Below are positions 48,913-63,412 of a stretch of 64,000 nucleotides of DNA, piece after piece. The stretch comes from Octopus sinensis (lineage: Eukaryota), in assembly GCF_006345805.1 (NCBI RefSeq), contig NC_043014.1, positions 14,384,001-14,448,000 of the forward strand, given 5' to 3'. The notes beneath the pieces are model-generated. The model saw only the letters and a program-made list of their open reading frames with translations, had not been told where the DNA came from and searched no databases. Every line of letters starts with the position of its first letter. The first letter of the stretch is position 1. A program made the translations under genes and the position numbers.

Positions 48913-49257
48913 ATATATATGGTAAAGACCCCCTTCGGTCATGAATGACCATGGGATTGCACCTAGAAAGTTACCCTCCTAGACACAAGTCCGGGCAAGG
49001 TTGTTTATGGAAGACCAGCAGTCGCCCACGCATACCAGCCTCCCCTCTCCACGCCGCCAGTGTTATCCAAGGGAAAGACAAAGGTCGATACAGCTTGGCA
49101 CCTGTGACGTTGCAACTCATTTCTACAGCTGAGTGAACTGGAGCAACGTGAAATAAAGTGCTTTGCTCAAGAACACAACACGCAGCCCGGTCCGGGATTC
49201 GAGCTCACAACCTCACGATCGTAAGCTCGACGCTCTAACCACTGAGCCATGCGCCTT
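48913..49257 (-). mobile_element. SINE family 4 with a long 3' tail
   Basis: ggcgcatggctcagtggttag head and cacgttgctccagttcactcagctgtagaaatgag core. Confidence 0.8.
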
Positions 49258-49364
49258 ATATATATATATATATTATTCAAAGGAATGCCAACTCTGTCTG
49301 TTTTTTATGTTTTTATATTCTTTATGATATTAATGTAGAATATAGAATATATAGTATAAATAGT

Positions 49365-49639
49365 ATGGTTGTATACTGTCAATCTAACACGAACGTGACA
49401 GTTGGGTGGGATACACCACCGCTGTTTAGCCCTAGGAAGCATCGACGCCTCCTGATGGCTTTGACACATTTTTTCCTGTGTCCTTATATACATTTACGAA
49501 GGGGAGACAAATACCCCCAACCGCCCGGGCTGCATCTAGGGACACTGTCACGTTCGTGTTAGATTGACAGTATACAACCATTCTATCGCCCCATCACCGC
49601 ACATGTCTCTACGAGAGATTTAGAAATTTAGTATTTCTG
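49365..49639. mobile_element. Second copy of the 25861 family: 5'-inverted insertion with TSD
   Basis: A 38-bp perfect inverted repeat at 49365-49402 / 49544-49581. Direct repeat agtataaatagtat at 49353-49366 and 49640-49653. Confidence 0.8.
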
Positions 49640-50019
49640 AGTATAAATAGTATATATAGTAAAATGAAATGAAATAGTGATTGTCTTATTGAATAGATGA
49701 AATATTGAATATCAAATATTAAATATTAAGGGACTTAATATATATATGTATATATATATAGGTGCGTACACACTCATACTTATACACAGACGCATGCACA
49801 TAGGCACATGCACACACACTCAAACACATACACTCAGGCATATAAACGCACATACATACACACGTACATAACGAAAATCATGTTTAAAGTTTACAAAAGA
49901 TTTCTGCATGCGAGATTTATAATATGAAACAGAAAGCAAATGTGAAGCATGTTTGGACAATATACAAGCAATAGAAATATACCAGTGGTATACAAATTTT
50001 ATTATTATTTATTCATGCG

Positions 50020-50305
50020 CCCTTTTCAAGCCTATGGACCCGGTTTCCCGGTTTCTATGGCATATGTGTTCCCCCCAGCTGGACGGGACGCCAGTCTATC
50101 GCAGCGTTACTCAAGAAACAGGAAGAGAGAGTGAGAGAAAGTTAGGGCGAAAGAGTACAACAGGGGTCGCCACCACCCCCTGCCGGAGCCTCGTGGAGCT
50201 TTTAGGTGTTTTCGCTCAATAAACATACACAACGCCCGATCTGGGAATCGAAACCGCGATCCTCCGACCGCGAGTCCGCTGTCCTAACCACTGGGCTATG
50301 CGCCT
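50020..50305 (-). mobile_element. SINE with a family-3 head and a family-4-like tail; related + copy at 57412-57695
   Basis: Head and body blocks are shared with 32887, tail blocks with 20560-20670. Confidence 0.65.
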
Positions 50306-50399
50306 CCATATAAACATATTACTGGTATATATTTTCTTTATGTAATTTATGAAACACACATATGTGTTTAATAAATACGTGTTTCATACACACGTAGAA

Positions 50400-50430
<31 letters not shown>

Positions 50431-50901
50431 TGAGCGCACGCGCATATAATCCATCCATCCATCCATACATACATACATACACAACTGTCCTTTGGTTTTC
50501 AAGGTATCTATTTTGTACGGCTTCACTTTGACGACGTTTCGATTTTTGTCATCTTTTTTTCATATACAGAAATGCATATCGTCGTTTCCGTTTCCCTTTC
50601 CGTAACAGCTTTCCACTTTCCCTTTCCTTTTCCTTTCATTTCACTTTACAACAGAAACTTCGAACGCCGTTTAATATAAACAAAAGAACTGTTAGGACAA
50701 TTAAAATATACGAAGCAAAAATCTAAGTCATTATAATGACTGGACTCTTACTTCGACATGCACGTTATGCATACGTAGTAACAATATGGAAGCGAGGGGA
50801 TATGTTCTAGTATTTTGAACAAAAGATAAAATATACACCCACCCACCCACCCATCCATCCATCCATCCATCCACTTATACATACATACATACATACATAC
50901 A

Positions 50902-50933
<32 letters not shown>

Positions 50934-51002
50934 ACGAGAGAAAAACACGGAGCAAGTATTTGATCGAAAATTCTCTTACAGAGAGTATTTATATATATAG
51001 AC

Positions 51003-51425
51003 TCTTACTCTTTTAATTGTTTCAGTCATTTGACTGCGGCCATGCTGGAGCACCGCCTTTAGTCGAGCAAATCGGCCCCAGGACTTATTCTTTGGAAACC
51101 TAGTACTTATTCTGTCGGTCTCTTTTGCCGAACCGCTAAGTTACAGGGACGTTAACACACCAGCATCGGTTGTCAAGCGATGTTGGGGGGAGGGGAACAC
51201 AGACACACAAACATATACACTCATACATAGATACATAGATACATATATACATACATATATACGACGGGCTTCTTTCAGTTTCCGTCTACCAAATCCATTC
51301 ACAAGGCTTTGGTCGGCCCGAGGCTATAGTAGAAGACACTTGCCCAAGGTGCCACGCAGTGGGAATGAACCCGGAACCATGTGGTTCGAAAGCAAGCTAC
51401 TTACCACACAGCCAATCCTACGCCT
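51003..51425 (-). mobile_element. SINE family 2
   Basis: Reverse-complement match. Confidence 0.85.
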
Positions 51426-51944
51426 ATATATATATATGATGCACTTATAATATAGTATTATTAATTATAGAGCATAGATTCATATGTAACAGATGTAAAA
51501 GCACACCAAATGCATGCCTCATGTTATTCTCTCACGACAGAGGAGCCCTTTATGTTACCCTGTAGCCCTATTCGGACCACATAGAACCCTGGAAGATTAC
51601 ACATCAGAGGTAAGTTAACGTGATTGCTATTAAAAGCAGCAACTAAAACGGTAATTTTGTGTCTCTTTGGGTGGAGGAGATCACAATCCTGTTAATAAAA
51701 AAAATCAGTGTGGCCTCACTGCTATGAATTACAGGGTTAAGAATATCTCCGAAATAGGCATGAAAGATTGTAAGCCCATTATGAGAACAGCAGTTGCCAG
51801 TGATGTTATTAGTAGGAACATCTCTATTGTTATGAGTAATAATGATACAAATTCTTTTAATGGCCCATATTCTCCGTAGCCGATATCCAAACCTTTGTAG
51901 ATCATCTTGTAACTAATAAGAGTAATAAAATTAAGCATAAAATA

Positions 51945-52340
51945 GGCGCAGGTGTGGTTGTGTGGTAAGTATCTTGCTTACCAACCGCATGATTCCGGGT
52001 TCAGTCCCACTTCGTGGCACCTTGGGCAAGTGTCTTTTACTATAGCCTCGGGCTGACCAAAGCCTTGTGAGTGGATTTAATAGATGGAAACTGAAAGAAG
52101 CCCGTCGTATATATGTATATGTGTGTGTATATGTTTGTGTGTCTGTGTTTGTCCCCGACAACCGATAGTGGTGTGTTTACGTCACTGTAACTTAGCGGTT
52201 CAGCAAAAGAGACCGATAGAATAAGTACTAGGCTTCCAAAGAATAAGTCCTGGGATCGATTTGCTCGGCTAAAGGCGGTGCTCCAGCATGGTCGCATTCA
52301 AATGACTGAATCAAGTAAAAGAGTAAAAAGAGTAAAGAGT
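51945..52340 (+). mobile_element. SINE family 2
   Basis: Full match. Confidence 0.85.
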
Positions 52341-52399
52341 ATACAAATGTTAAGTGTAGTAATAATCATGAACACAATAGATAATATAACAATAACGTA

Positions 52400-53170
52400 A
52401 ACCTTAATTCTAAACCTGAGTTCAAAACTTACCATAATTACATTAAAGGAGCACGTAGATTATGTAAAAATGGTTTAACTCCCTCTTTGGATATTCGTAT
52501 AATATTTTCACAAGCATTGGAGAAACATTTTCCAACTTCTATTAGATATTGTAAGATATTCAATAGACACACTTCTAAATTTTCATATTCCGTCACAACT
52601 AATTTGGCCGATACTATAGTGGTTGTTAATAAGAAATTTGTGATTCTAATTATACTAGCTGTATTTTTGTTTCTTCCGTTAGTTACACATATCGATCTAA
52701 TAGGAACACTACTATTGATTATGTGCTTCTTCCTAACAGCAGCTCTAATAATAATTCAAGTACTAATTTGACTCTATTTAGTAAACCTGATAGTGTTTTC
52801 TGTAGAGTTAGAGATGGTCACCCTTTTAGTAACCAGTGCCTCCGGACGAATATAGTATGTAAATGTTCAGTCCTTACACCTGATATGGTTTAGTACAATA
52901 TCAGTATCACGACATCAAAATTCAAGCTGAGGTGGAGCAACCATGTACATTCTTTTAATAACATGTACATAATACTCCATGAGCAAAATTCATTTGGATT
53001 TGAAAGATAAGAATATTGATTATTCTAATTCGTGTTTAATTATTTGGACAGCGCTTGTGTACAAAGAGGGTGAAGTTGTAATTACGTTGTATAGAAACAC
53101 TTCAAATTCTAAGCTGTAAATCTTGACAAATTAACATCCGTAATGAGTTGTTAATCCGTTACTTACGCCA
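52400..53170 (+). mobile_element. Second decayed Penelope-like RT-linker/GIY-YIG remnant
   Basis: LEKHFPTSIRYCKIFNRHTSKFSYSVTTNL (compare IDKHFP...KIFNRNT.K.SYSC..N), QCLRTNIVCKCSV and KFKLRWSNHVHSF. Confidence 0.75.
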
Positions 53171-53489
53171 GGTTAAATAAAACCTTTTTGAGGATTCCGT
53201 TTATCAAACTTGTGTATTGTGTCATAAGATATTATAACTCAACATACGTATTTCCTTCGATTGCAATTCCTTTCTCACTGTTACAATCTTCTCTATATTC
53301 TTCTCTAATTTCTTTTCATACTTATTGTTCTGTAATTAGTTGATCCCTTCTAATGGTTTTAACTGCTCTTTAGAACTCTAATTATTCGTTTACTATCTCA
53401 TTCCTATCTTATTGTTTCCTACCACAATTTTCCTTTTATAGCTAATTACTGATCCCGTTTAATGTAATAATAATTATATTAGAATCACA

Positions 53490-53680
53490 AGCACGCTGGA
53501 CAAAATGTTTAGCGGCATTTCGTCCGTCTTTACATTCTGTGTTCAAATACAGCCGAAGACGACTTTGTATTTCATTCTTTCGAGGTCGATAAAATAAGTA
53601 CTAGTTGAGCTCTGGGGTCGATTTAGTCGACTTATTCCCTTGCCCCAGATTGCTGGCCTTGTGTCAAAATTTGAAACCAA
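53490..53680 (+). mobile_element. SINE family 1, tail B (diverged)
   Basis: Core and tail match. Confidence 0.75.
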
Positions 53681-56364
53681 TATTTATTTCTTATCATTAA
53701 TATTTACTTTTATTGTATTATATTATACTATTATATTATTATTATATGATATGGCATCATTAATTGCAGAGCATAGAAACATATGTAACATCAAGTAAAG
53801 GGAGACTATGATACGACTTACTGTTCTATTCTATTTAATACGAAATTAATCATCACCTTTAATTGTACGTTTTTATATCTTTCTATCGTTTTCTATCTTA
53901 CTATTCTTCACGATCCTCTTCTCTCTTCCTCCTCCTCCTCCTCCTCCTCATTTTCTTAAACTTTTTTCTTATCATCATAGTTCCTGTAATGTTATTCCTG
54001 GCATACCCATCCCACTTAACTAATGACCGTTTGTGAATACCACCGTCTTCAAATACCATTGTCATCAAATACCATCCTCCCTACTCTGACAGCCATCGAT
54101 ATTATATATCCCTTGCCACACCTAACTTGGTATGCCAAGCCCCTAAATTGATTTATCTAGTTGTATCGCCTGTCCTTTGATCAATTTACTCTGTACATTT
54201 CTATAAGCATATCTAAATGATTAATTGCTCTCAACCATACTCTAAACCACTCCCACTTATCGTATTTGCGAGGGTTTTCATCCTAATGGAAGCGTATTGT
54301 ATGTTTTGCAAGGTCACGATGACCTGCCAGAATGGAGTTCCATTTAATATCGCATGAAATTACATATCCATTGTTTATATTGATTCCAGCATGTTAAATG
54401 ATTTATCCAGCCTATCTGTTATTGAAACGACTAAATAATAAGTGTGATCCAATATCTTCAATCTTTTATTCATCATATGTTATGCACAGTGGTTGTCGTA
54501 AACGTCCTGGGTTCTCAGTTTCTGTGGAGCACATTAAATTTACTGGATCGTTTTCCCCTCCACCATATATCTTGTTAGCCTGGATTTGGATGAGTGCTGA
54601 CGGAGGTAATCGCCTGGACTTCACACATCCCACTTCACACACACACACACACACACACCACACACACACAAACACACACACACACACGTCTATATTTGCG
54701 AGCAAGCTATTCAGACAAGCTACAGATATTCCTAAGAAGATAGGTAATTTTAGTCTTGTTAGATGATTTTTGCACTTAGCACTTTGTGAGTTTAGTTTTC
54801 TTAGTGACTTATGGAAAAGAAGAATTTAGGTTGGATTAAGTAATTAATTTTCAAGAATAAATTACATAGAATTTATCCTAGATATCTCGACGCCAGCAGA
54901 AGTGGTGAGAATGTAAACAAGATTAATCATTTTGACGTTTCGGCTTGGATTTGCAATAAATCTGTGGCGACTAACGTGTGAAATAAGACTTCGGATTTTA
55001 ATTTTAATGTAACAGCAGATAGCTACATTCGTGTCAGATTAGGGTAGAGCGTATTTGTCGCGTAAGTAATAAGATTTGGAAAGATAATTCACATCTGTGA
55101 TTTATTAGTAGATGCTACTAATGATCTTATATGACGCATGATTAGGTGAGGTTATAATGCAAGAGATTAATCAAGCAATTTAATTGCAATCTAGGTTTAC
55201 GCAAAGATATGTTAAGTTTGGAATCATTTCAAGTTTACAATTGAGAAGCAAATCAGAAGTTTATGATTGACTGGAAATTATTGCTAATATTTGGTGAACT
55301 TTGGATTTAAGAAGGATAATTAAAGGATGTGTGCTCGGGTCGCATAAGATGCAAGCCACGGGATTGTCTCTTTTCTGTTTCATTGGTTTCGGTATTTGTT
55401 CTGGCTCTGCATGACAGGATCTGTAGAAGAGTGAAATCGTAATAGCAGTCACACAGTTTTCATTGACGATCTTAAGCTGCATTCAAATAGTATCCTCGAG
55501 ACCAAGACAGAACACTATTGCAACCTTTTCAAAGGACACAGAAATGTAGTTTTGTCAGGCAATCAGTTGAGGAAAAATTGTCAGCCAGAGAGAAAAATAT
55601 GAACGTCAATAGCCTGTCTATCTTCTCTATCTTCGGTGATGAATTGGAAATACCTCGAAATTTATGAGAATATTGCGTAGGTTGGTGCTGTGAGTAAAAC
55701 TGGAGTGACAAAAAGAAAACGTCAGCAGACTTTGGAAGGTATAAAAATCATTCAGTAAGATCATATCTCATAATGCTTTTGCTGTGCCACAGTTAATGCT
55801 TGTGTTGGAACCAATATTCAAGATACTTGACGGGACACTTGGAGAGATTCGAAACTAGAACATCAAGACAAGGAAGATATTAACCACCACTTATAATTTT
55901 CAATTCAACAGTGACACCGACAGTACTTATGTTAAACGAAAGAATGGGAGCCGAAGCACGTGGTCAACCTCTGAGTGTCGCTCTATATCACTCAAACAAC
56001 ACCCTACTCAACACTAAAGGGAGTATGTTTTCGTGTACTTAATAGTGAAAATACAAAACATCGTAAAATTAGGTAAACTTCAGAATATGTACTCAGGGTG
56101 TACGGCTGTTTCGTATGAAGCGAAAGAAGGTGGATTAGCCTGCTTAAATAAATTCTTGGAGAAGAAACACTCATCAGATGAGCAGAAAGTTATACTTGGG
56201 TATATAACCTGCGACAACGAGAACGCCATCGTCGTTATGAGGAATAATAGTCTTACCTGGATTGTGATAATTACTTAGCGTCTCACCTAGTAAGGTAAGT
56301 CTTTCCGCTATTCGGGAGCAGAAAATTGCTACTAAATACGTGGTAAATGCAAGATGTAGGCTCA

Positions 56365-57070
56365 GGTGTGGTTGTGTGATTAAGAAGCCCGTTTTGTATC
56401 TACTTGGTTTCGTGTTCAGTCTCATTATGCGCGGTATCTTGAGGGAATTTTGAAGGTGGTGAGCTGGCAGAAACGTTAGCACGCCGGGCGAAATGCTTGT
56501 CAGTATTTCGTCTGCCGCTACGTTCTGAGTTCAAATTCCGCCGAGGTCGACTTTGCCTTTCATCCTTTCGGGGTCGATTAAATAAGTACCAGTGACGCAC
56601 TGGGGTCGATATAATCGACTTAATCCGTTTGTCTGTCCTTGTTTGTCCTCTCTGTGTTTAGCCCCTTGTGGGTAGTAAAGAAATGGGTATCTTGAGGGAA
56701 TTTGGTAGACGGAAATTGTGTGGAAGAAAGCCGGTAGTGTATGGTTATATATGTGTGTGTGCGTGTGTATGCATGTGTGTGTACGCGCGCGTATGTGCGT
56801 GTGTATGTGCGTGTGTGTGCGATGTGTGTATGCGTGCATGCGTGAGAGTGTGTGGGTCTTTGTGTTTTTGTGCCTGTTTGTCCCTCCCACCACTCTTGAC
56901 AACCAGTGTTGGTCTATATACGTCCCCGTAACTTAGCGGTTCAGCAAGAGAAGCCAATAGAATACGTGCCAGACTCGAAACATAAGTACCGGCGACGTTT
57001 TGCTCAACTAAATACTTTTCAAGGTGATGTTCCAGTATGGCTGCACTTCAAGGACTGAAACAAGTAAAAT
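56365..57070 (+). mobile_element. SINE family 2 with a nested family 1 copy (56451-56685) and 18-bp TSD
   Basis: TSD ggtatcttgagggaattt at 56433-56450 and 56686-56703. Confidence 0.85.
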
Positions 57071-57867
57071 GTGTTGTGACTAAAAATGTCGATTGTGCCA
57101 TACCAGCAGGAAAATATCATACCAATCGTTAGCAGCTGTCCCCAAAATATCTACAATTTTACTACATCCCCCGCCGAGGGTATCATATTATTGTCAAAGG
57201 AACTGAGAACAAAAATTATGCACGTGATTGAGGTCATGTCATGTTATATCATGTCATATCATGTCAGGTCACTTCAAGATAAGTCTTGTCAGGTCAGGTC
57301 ATGTCAGGGCAGCTCAGGTTAGATCAGCGCAGGTACTCAATGGATGTGAATGTCTCGTTTGAAATCGAGGAAGCGGAAAACATTTATGGTAAACTAATGA
57401 GAAACCCACTGGAGGCACATGGCCTAGTGGTAGAGCAGCGGACTCGCGGTCGAGGGATCGCGGGTTCGAATCTCGGACCGGGCGAGATGAGTGTTTATGA
57501 GCGAAACACCTAAGCTCCATGCAGCTCCAGCAGAAGGTAATGGTGAACTTCTGCTGACTCTTTCGCCACAACTTTCTCTCACTCTTTCCTCCTGCATCTT
57601 GCAGCTCACCTACGACGGACCAGCGTCCCGTCCAGGTGAGGAACCTATACGTCAAGGAAACCGGGAAACTGGCCCTTACGAGCTAGGGATGCATCTAAAA
57701 TAGTTCTGTAATACAGTGGTTCCTTTCCTCTATATTGCTACTTCGTAGCTCTCCTCCCTCAAACATTAATCTATTCACTAGTGATTCAGCAGCCTCTAAA
57801 ACCAGTTTATACGTTATGTTACCACTGGAGTCATACTCCAGTTCGACTCTCAATTCTTTAGTTAACA

Positions 57868-58440
<573 letters not shown>

Positions 58441-58512
58441 TTCACCATTATTCCGCGAGTTGGTGCTTATGAATGCATTCCATCTCTATTTTTCATCTCT
58501 CTTATATATATA

Positions 58513-58602
<90 letters not shown>

Positions 58603-58664
58603 GAGAAAGATAGATAAACAGATAGATGGAGAGAGAGAGAGAGAGAAAGAGAGTGAGAGAGAGA

Positions 58665-58723
<59 letters not shown>

Positions 58724-58889
58724 TGTGTGTGTGTGTGTGTAAATTTCATGAGCTGTATCAAATTGTTTTCAGTCTCAGACAGTTATGAGTTACTAAGAAA
58801 CTCAATATGGAAACGATGTGAATTATGAAAAAAGCTATTGTACTTACTAGTTAAGCAGTTCATATTAAAAATGTGCGCCCCCTCACACA

Positions 58890-58965
<76 letters not shown>

Positions 58966-58974
58966 GTACGTACG

Positions 58975-59038
58975 TACGTATGTATGTATGTATGTATGTA
59001 TGTAGGTAGGTATTTATGTATGTATGTATGTATGTATG

Positions 59039-59072
<34 letters not shown>

Positions 59073-59366
59073 TGTATGTATGTATGTATGTATGTATGTA
59101 TGTATGTATGCATGTATGTATGTATGTATGTATGTATGCATGTATGCATGTATGCATGTATGTATGTATGTATGTATGTATGTATGTATGTATGTATATA
59201 TGTATGTATGTATGTATGTATGCATGTATGTATGTATGTATGTATGTAGGTATTTATGTATGTATGTATGTATGTATGTATGTATGTATGTATGTATATA
59301 TGTATGTATGTATGTATGCATGCATGTATGTATGTATGTATGTATGTATGTATGTATGTATGTATG

Positions 59367-59397
<31 letters not shown>

Positions 59398-59430
59398 GTA
59401 TTTATGCATGTATGTATGTATGTATGTATA
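58975..59430. repeat. (ATGT)n microsatellite
   Basis: Read directly. Confidence 0.95.
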
Positions 59431-59889
59431 CACACACACAAAGAAAGAAAGAGACAGAGAAGAAGGGAAGAGATGCATACGCACATACATATGTATGTGT
59501 GAGTCTGTGTGTGTGGCTCAGATAGATATCGAGATTAGATGTAAAATAATCGAACTTAGCCATGCCTCTGTGACTATATATAGCTTCACATACACACAGA
59601 CACACACGCACACATCCACGCACACACACACGCACACTCACTATTACATGCTTGTTTACCGAATCAATAAATGCATTAAATCTAGGTTACATGCATCGTC
59701 ACAAAAAGTTTTGTCAATATTCAACGAAATATCGATCTCCAGATGGCTCTCAAAGTCCTCTTTTGAAATTCTATCATATGTCTTACCTTATTGTTGTAAC
59801 ACACACGCACACTCACACACATATACCTCAATTCGCACACACGCTTGCACACACCCATGCACATCCCCACATTCACACACGCAGAACCC

Positions 59890-60285
59890 CCTAATTTCTT
59901 TATTGCCCACAAGGGGCTAAACGTAGGGGGGACAAACAAGGACAGACAAACGGATTAAGTCGATTACATCGACCCCAGTGTGTAACTGGTACTTAATTTA
60001 TCGACCTCGAAAGGATGTAAGGCAACATCAACCTCGGCGGAATTTGAACTCAGAACGTAACGGTAGACGAAATACCTATTTCTTTACTACCCACAAGGGG
60101 CTAAACACAGAGGGGACAAACAAGGACAGAAAAACGGATTAAGTCTATTATATCGGTCCCAGTGCGTAACAGGTACTTATTTAATCGACCCCGAAAGGAT
60201 GAAAGGCAAAGTCGACCTCGGCGGAATTTGAACTCAGAACGTAACGGTAGACGAAAAGCATTTCGCCCAGCGTGTTAACGTTTAA
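59890..60285 (-). mobile_element. SINE family 1 dimer
   Basis: Junction gaaatacctatttc at 60069-60082. Confidence 0.85.
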
Positions 60286-60890
60286 ATAATTGAACTCTTA
60301 TATTTTTTCAGTAAAGATATACTATAGTTTGTCTAGATTATTCTCAAAGCTAAAATATATCTTCACAGATAAAATACATATTTCTGTCTATTTACTCTAT
60401 TTTTTACATTAGGGTTTTAACGTGATAAATGTATTATAAACACTTGTTCCAACTTTTCAAGTTTAAAATTTGGTTATCGGAATTTCTTCTATAAGATGAA
60501 TCATGTTTTATTTCTTAAGAAATATTGTTTAATTCTGTTTGATTATTTATTAAAAATATGTATTTATTTAACTATTATTGTTATTATTGTTGACCTGAGG
60601 AGTGACTATACTTTTAAATTGAATTGTTTTTTGGATCAATTAAATTTAATTGAAGTACGTAGTCTAATTATATACTGTTTATTTATTATTATGTACTTTT
60701 CGTGATCTAGATAAAAGTTTTATCATATATTTTATTTTTTCTATATGGTATGATTTACGTCTATCATTGTTTGAATTACATAATAGTGGTTTTTCTATAA
60801 TATATATATACTATATATCTATATTGTGAAATTTGGTTTAATACTAAATTGAATTTTTCCCTGTAAGTTTGGAGTTATACTCCCTATGAT

Positions 60891-60924
<34 letters not shown>

Positions 60925-60944
60925 TAATAATAATAATAATATAT

Positions 60945-61495
60945 ACTAGCTGGTGTACCCTGTAATTCCTGAGGGTAAAGATGTTCTATTGAAACGCCTT
61001 ATTAGTCATATAAGAAAGCAATTTCGTTATAACTGGCACAAAAGGTGTATTTTCCGTCACGAAAACGTACAAAAACTGTCAGCTAGAGGAGGGAGAAATT
61101 GTTGGAGGTACCTAGAGAGGTTGTCGGAGGTTGGCAGGAGAGGTCGTCGGAAGTTGTCTAGAGATGTCGGAGGTTGGCGAGTTAGTTGTTTCAAAGTAAT
61201 CGAACATAAACAATGAAACGGGTTATTTCCCTTCAGTGTTTAAAAAATATTGTGTAGGGGTATGAGTTATTTCCCTTGGGTGTTTAAAAAAAATCTGTTA
61301 CATAAGGTATATAAAGGCCCCTTCCAGGGGCCATATTATCGATTTTTCCAACAATCCAAGTCTGTCACGAGGTTTCCAGACATGAGTTCTACCCACGTGT
61401 CAGATTTCATCAAAATCAATAAAACGATGTTGGAGGAGTTAGCTAACAACGCCACAAACAAACACACACCAATTTTCCACATATGTAGTGTGTAT
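60945..61495 (-). mobile_element. Non-autonomous Helitron/Helentron-like (HINE/DINE-like) element
   Basis: The minus strand ends with hairpin accct-caggaattac-agggt and then CTAG|T. The other end has gtgtgtttgtttgt and gattttgatgaaatctg. Confidence 0.5.
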
Positions 61496-61497
61496 AT

Positions 61498-61747
61498 TGT
61501 GGTGTGAACGATGAAAAGAGAACAACAGAAAAAGAGAGAATGGAAATGCAATCGGGCCTTACCTCGTCGAAGATTAGTTCGGATCCCTCTCAGCCAACTC
61601 GATGCGTCTCGTGCCTTCGTCGTCTCTGCAGCAACTCCTCGATCCCACACGTGCGTCCTTCCTGCCGCTTCCGCTTCCTGCCGCGCATGCGCCCTGCAAG
61701 CCCTACTTCCGCCCTCCCCTATCCGTTATCCTCTCACCAACACCACA
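61498..61747. mobile_element. 250-bp solo LTR
   Basis: Termini TGTGGTG...CACCACA (7-bp perfect inverted repeat). tatat lies on both flanks (61493-61497, 61748-61752). GC-rich interior. Confidence 0.75.
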
Positions 61748-62483
61748 TATATATATATGTGTGTATATATATAGTACTTCATTGTAGTCGAGGGTCACCA
61801 ATTGTAACAGTTGGTTTGTTGTTGGCCATTTATATGGTGAACGAAGAACAGTGATCGAGGTTGTAAAGAAATATTTATTTAGCGTTACTTTGATATATGC
61901 CATACCACGACGCGTGGACTAATGTCATAGTATATAACACAGTTCGTAAAGCACGCAAAGTAAAGACAGTTAATTTCAGCCTCTACACGATCTCATAGTA
62001 GTATATATAGAGAGATATATGGTAATGTTACAGAGAAAAAAAGTGAGTTGGTGAAAGTGAGTGTGGTGGGACGAAAACAACTGCTTCGTTGATGAGTTAC
62101 CATAATTGTCCCTTTGTGTCTTCTTTTCCTTTAGTGACGGCGTTTTGTTCAGCCAGTCAGCCAGACTCGGTTCTCACTAACTGACTTTGATTTACGGAGA
62201 TTTTGTTTTTATAACTATCCAAAACCAGCCAGAAGGATAGCTAGAGAACAATAGATTTCGTTAGGGATCTGTTATCTCTATTCCAGCTTTTGGTAAAATA
62301 GAAGAGGTTAGAAGGGTCAAGTGGCAAAGACATTATTCTGCTTAACGAAGGCATCTGGCAAACGTAACTGCTGTCATTCACAGAAAAACTATTGTTTTAC
62401 CGTGAGAAAAGTACTGTTGAACTATTAAGTGAAATTTGGCTATCGAGGATCGAATCCACGCTATGCCTGCATGAAGCCACTAC

Positions 62484-62538
<55 letters not shown>

Positions 62539-62544
62539 CGTGTG

Positions 62545-63130
62545 TGTATTCAGATTTGGCAAGGACCAGACAATCAGAGACGATGTGGTCGACTGTCTCA
62601 TTCTGCTGGCTGCATTTGGTGTTAGGACCTGTTTTCATTATTTTGCTTTTATAATTGTTTGCGGTTAGGCATTGGTCTTGTGCAGCGAGAATCAGTCCTT
62701 CCCTTTCTGCTTTTAGTCCAGAGCTTTCGAGCCATTGTTGGCTTTCACTTAAACTCGCCCCCTTTTCTGTGAAGCCTTGAAGGATTTTAGTCACGGGCTG
62801 ATGTTTCTCTCCAGTTCTTCTTTCGTATGTCTTGCAGTTCTGTTCTCACGTTGTTTTTGTCTCTGACCATTTCTGCTGTAATTTCATCTCAAATCAGTGA
62901 TTCAGTGTAATTCGTTTCTGTTTTGTATTTTGTCGCCTCCTTGTGTATAGAGAGAGGCGTTGTCTTTTGTTCTTCTGGCAAAACATTGTTGTTTTCCAGG
63001 TGTATTGCAAGACGTTTATAGGTTTTATAGATTTTATAGATAGGATGTTTGGTAGATTGTTGATAGGCATCTTATTGGCCTATAATTTTGTGGGTGTATG
63101 GTGTTTTTGGTATTTTTTGAAATAAGAGTG
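62545..63130 (-). mobile_element. Decayed R4/Dong-type LINE fragment
   Basis: SQQWLESSGLKAEREGLILAAQDQCL...ETVDHIVSDCLVLAKSEY, aligning with the 36973 ORF. Confidence 0.8.
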
Positions 63131-63355
63131 GTTTGTCGTCCCAGCATCCAGTTTGCTGTTGATTCTTGCTTGTATGTTATCAGGTTTTACTACTACTACT
63201 ACTACTACTACTACTACAACACCACCATCACCACTACTACTACTACTACTACCACCACTACCACCACTACTACTACTACCACCACCACCAACAACAACAA
63301 CACCACCACCACCACTACTACTACTATTACTACTACTACTACCACCACTACCACC

Positions 63356-63412
<57 letters not shown>

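Noticed and set aside
50525-50560. GAAACGTCGTC hammerhead-like 3' half (also GAAACGTC at ~54935)
   Set aside because: No CUGANGA core and no stem I.
56090-56185. CTGATGA...GAAACAGCCGTA on the minus strand
   Set aside because: The core motifs are present, but the first three stem I pairs mismatch and stem II is only 4 weak pairs. A degenerate remnant at best.
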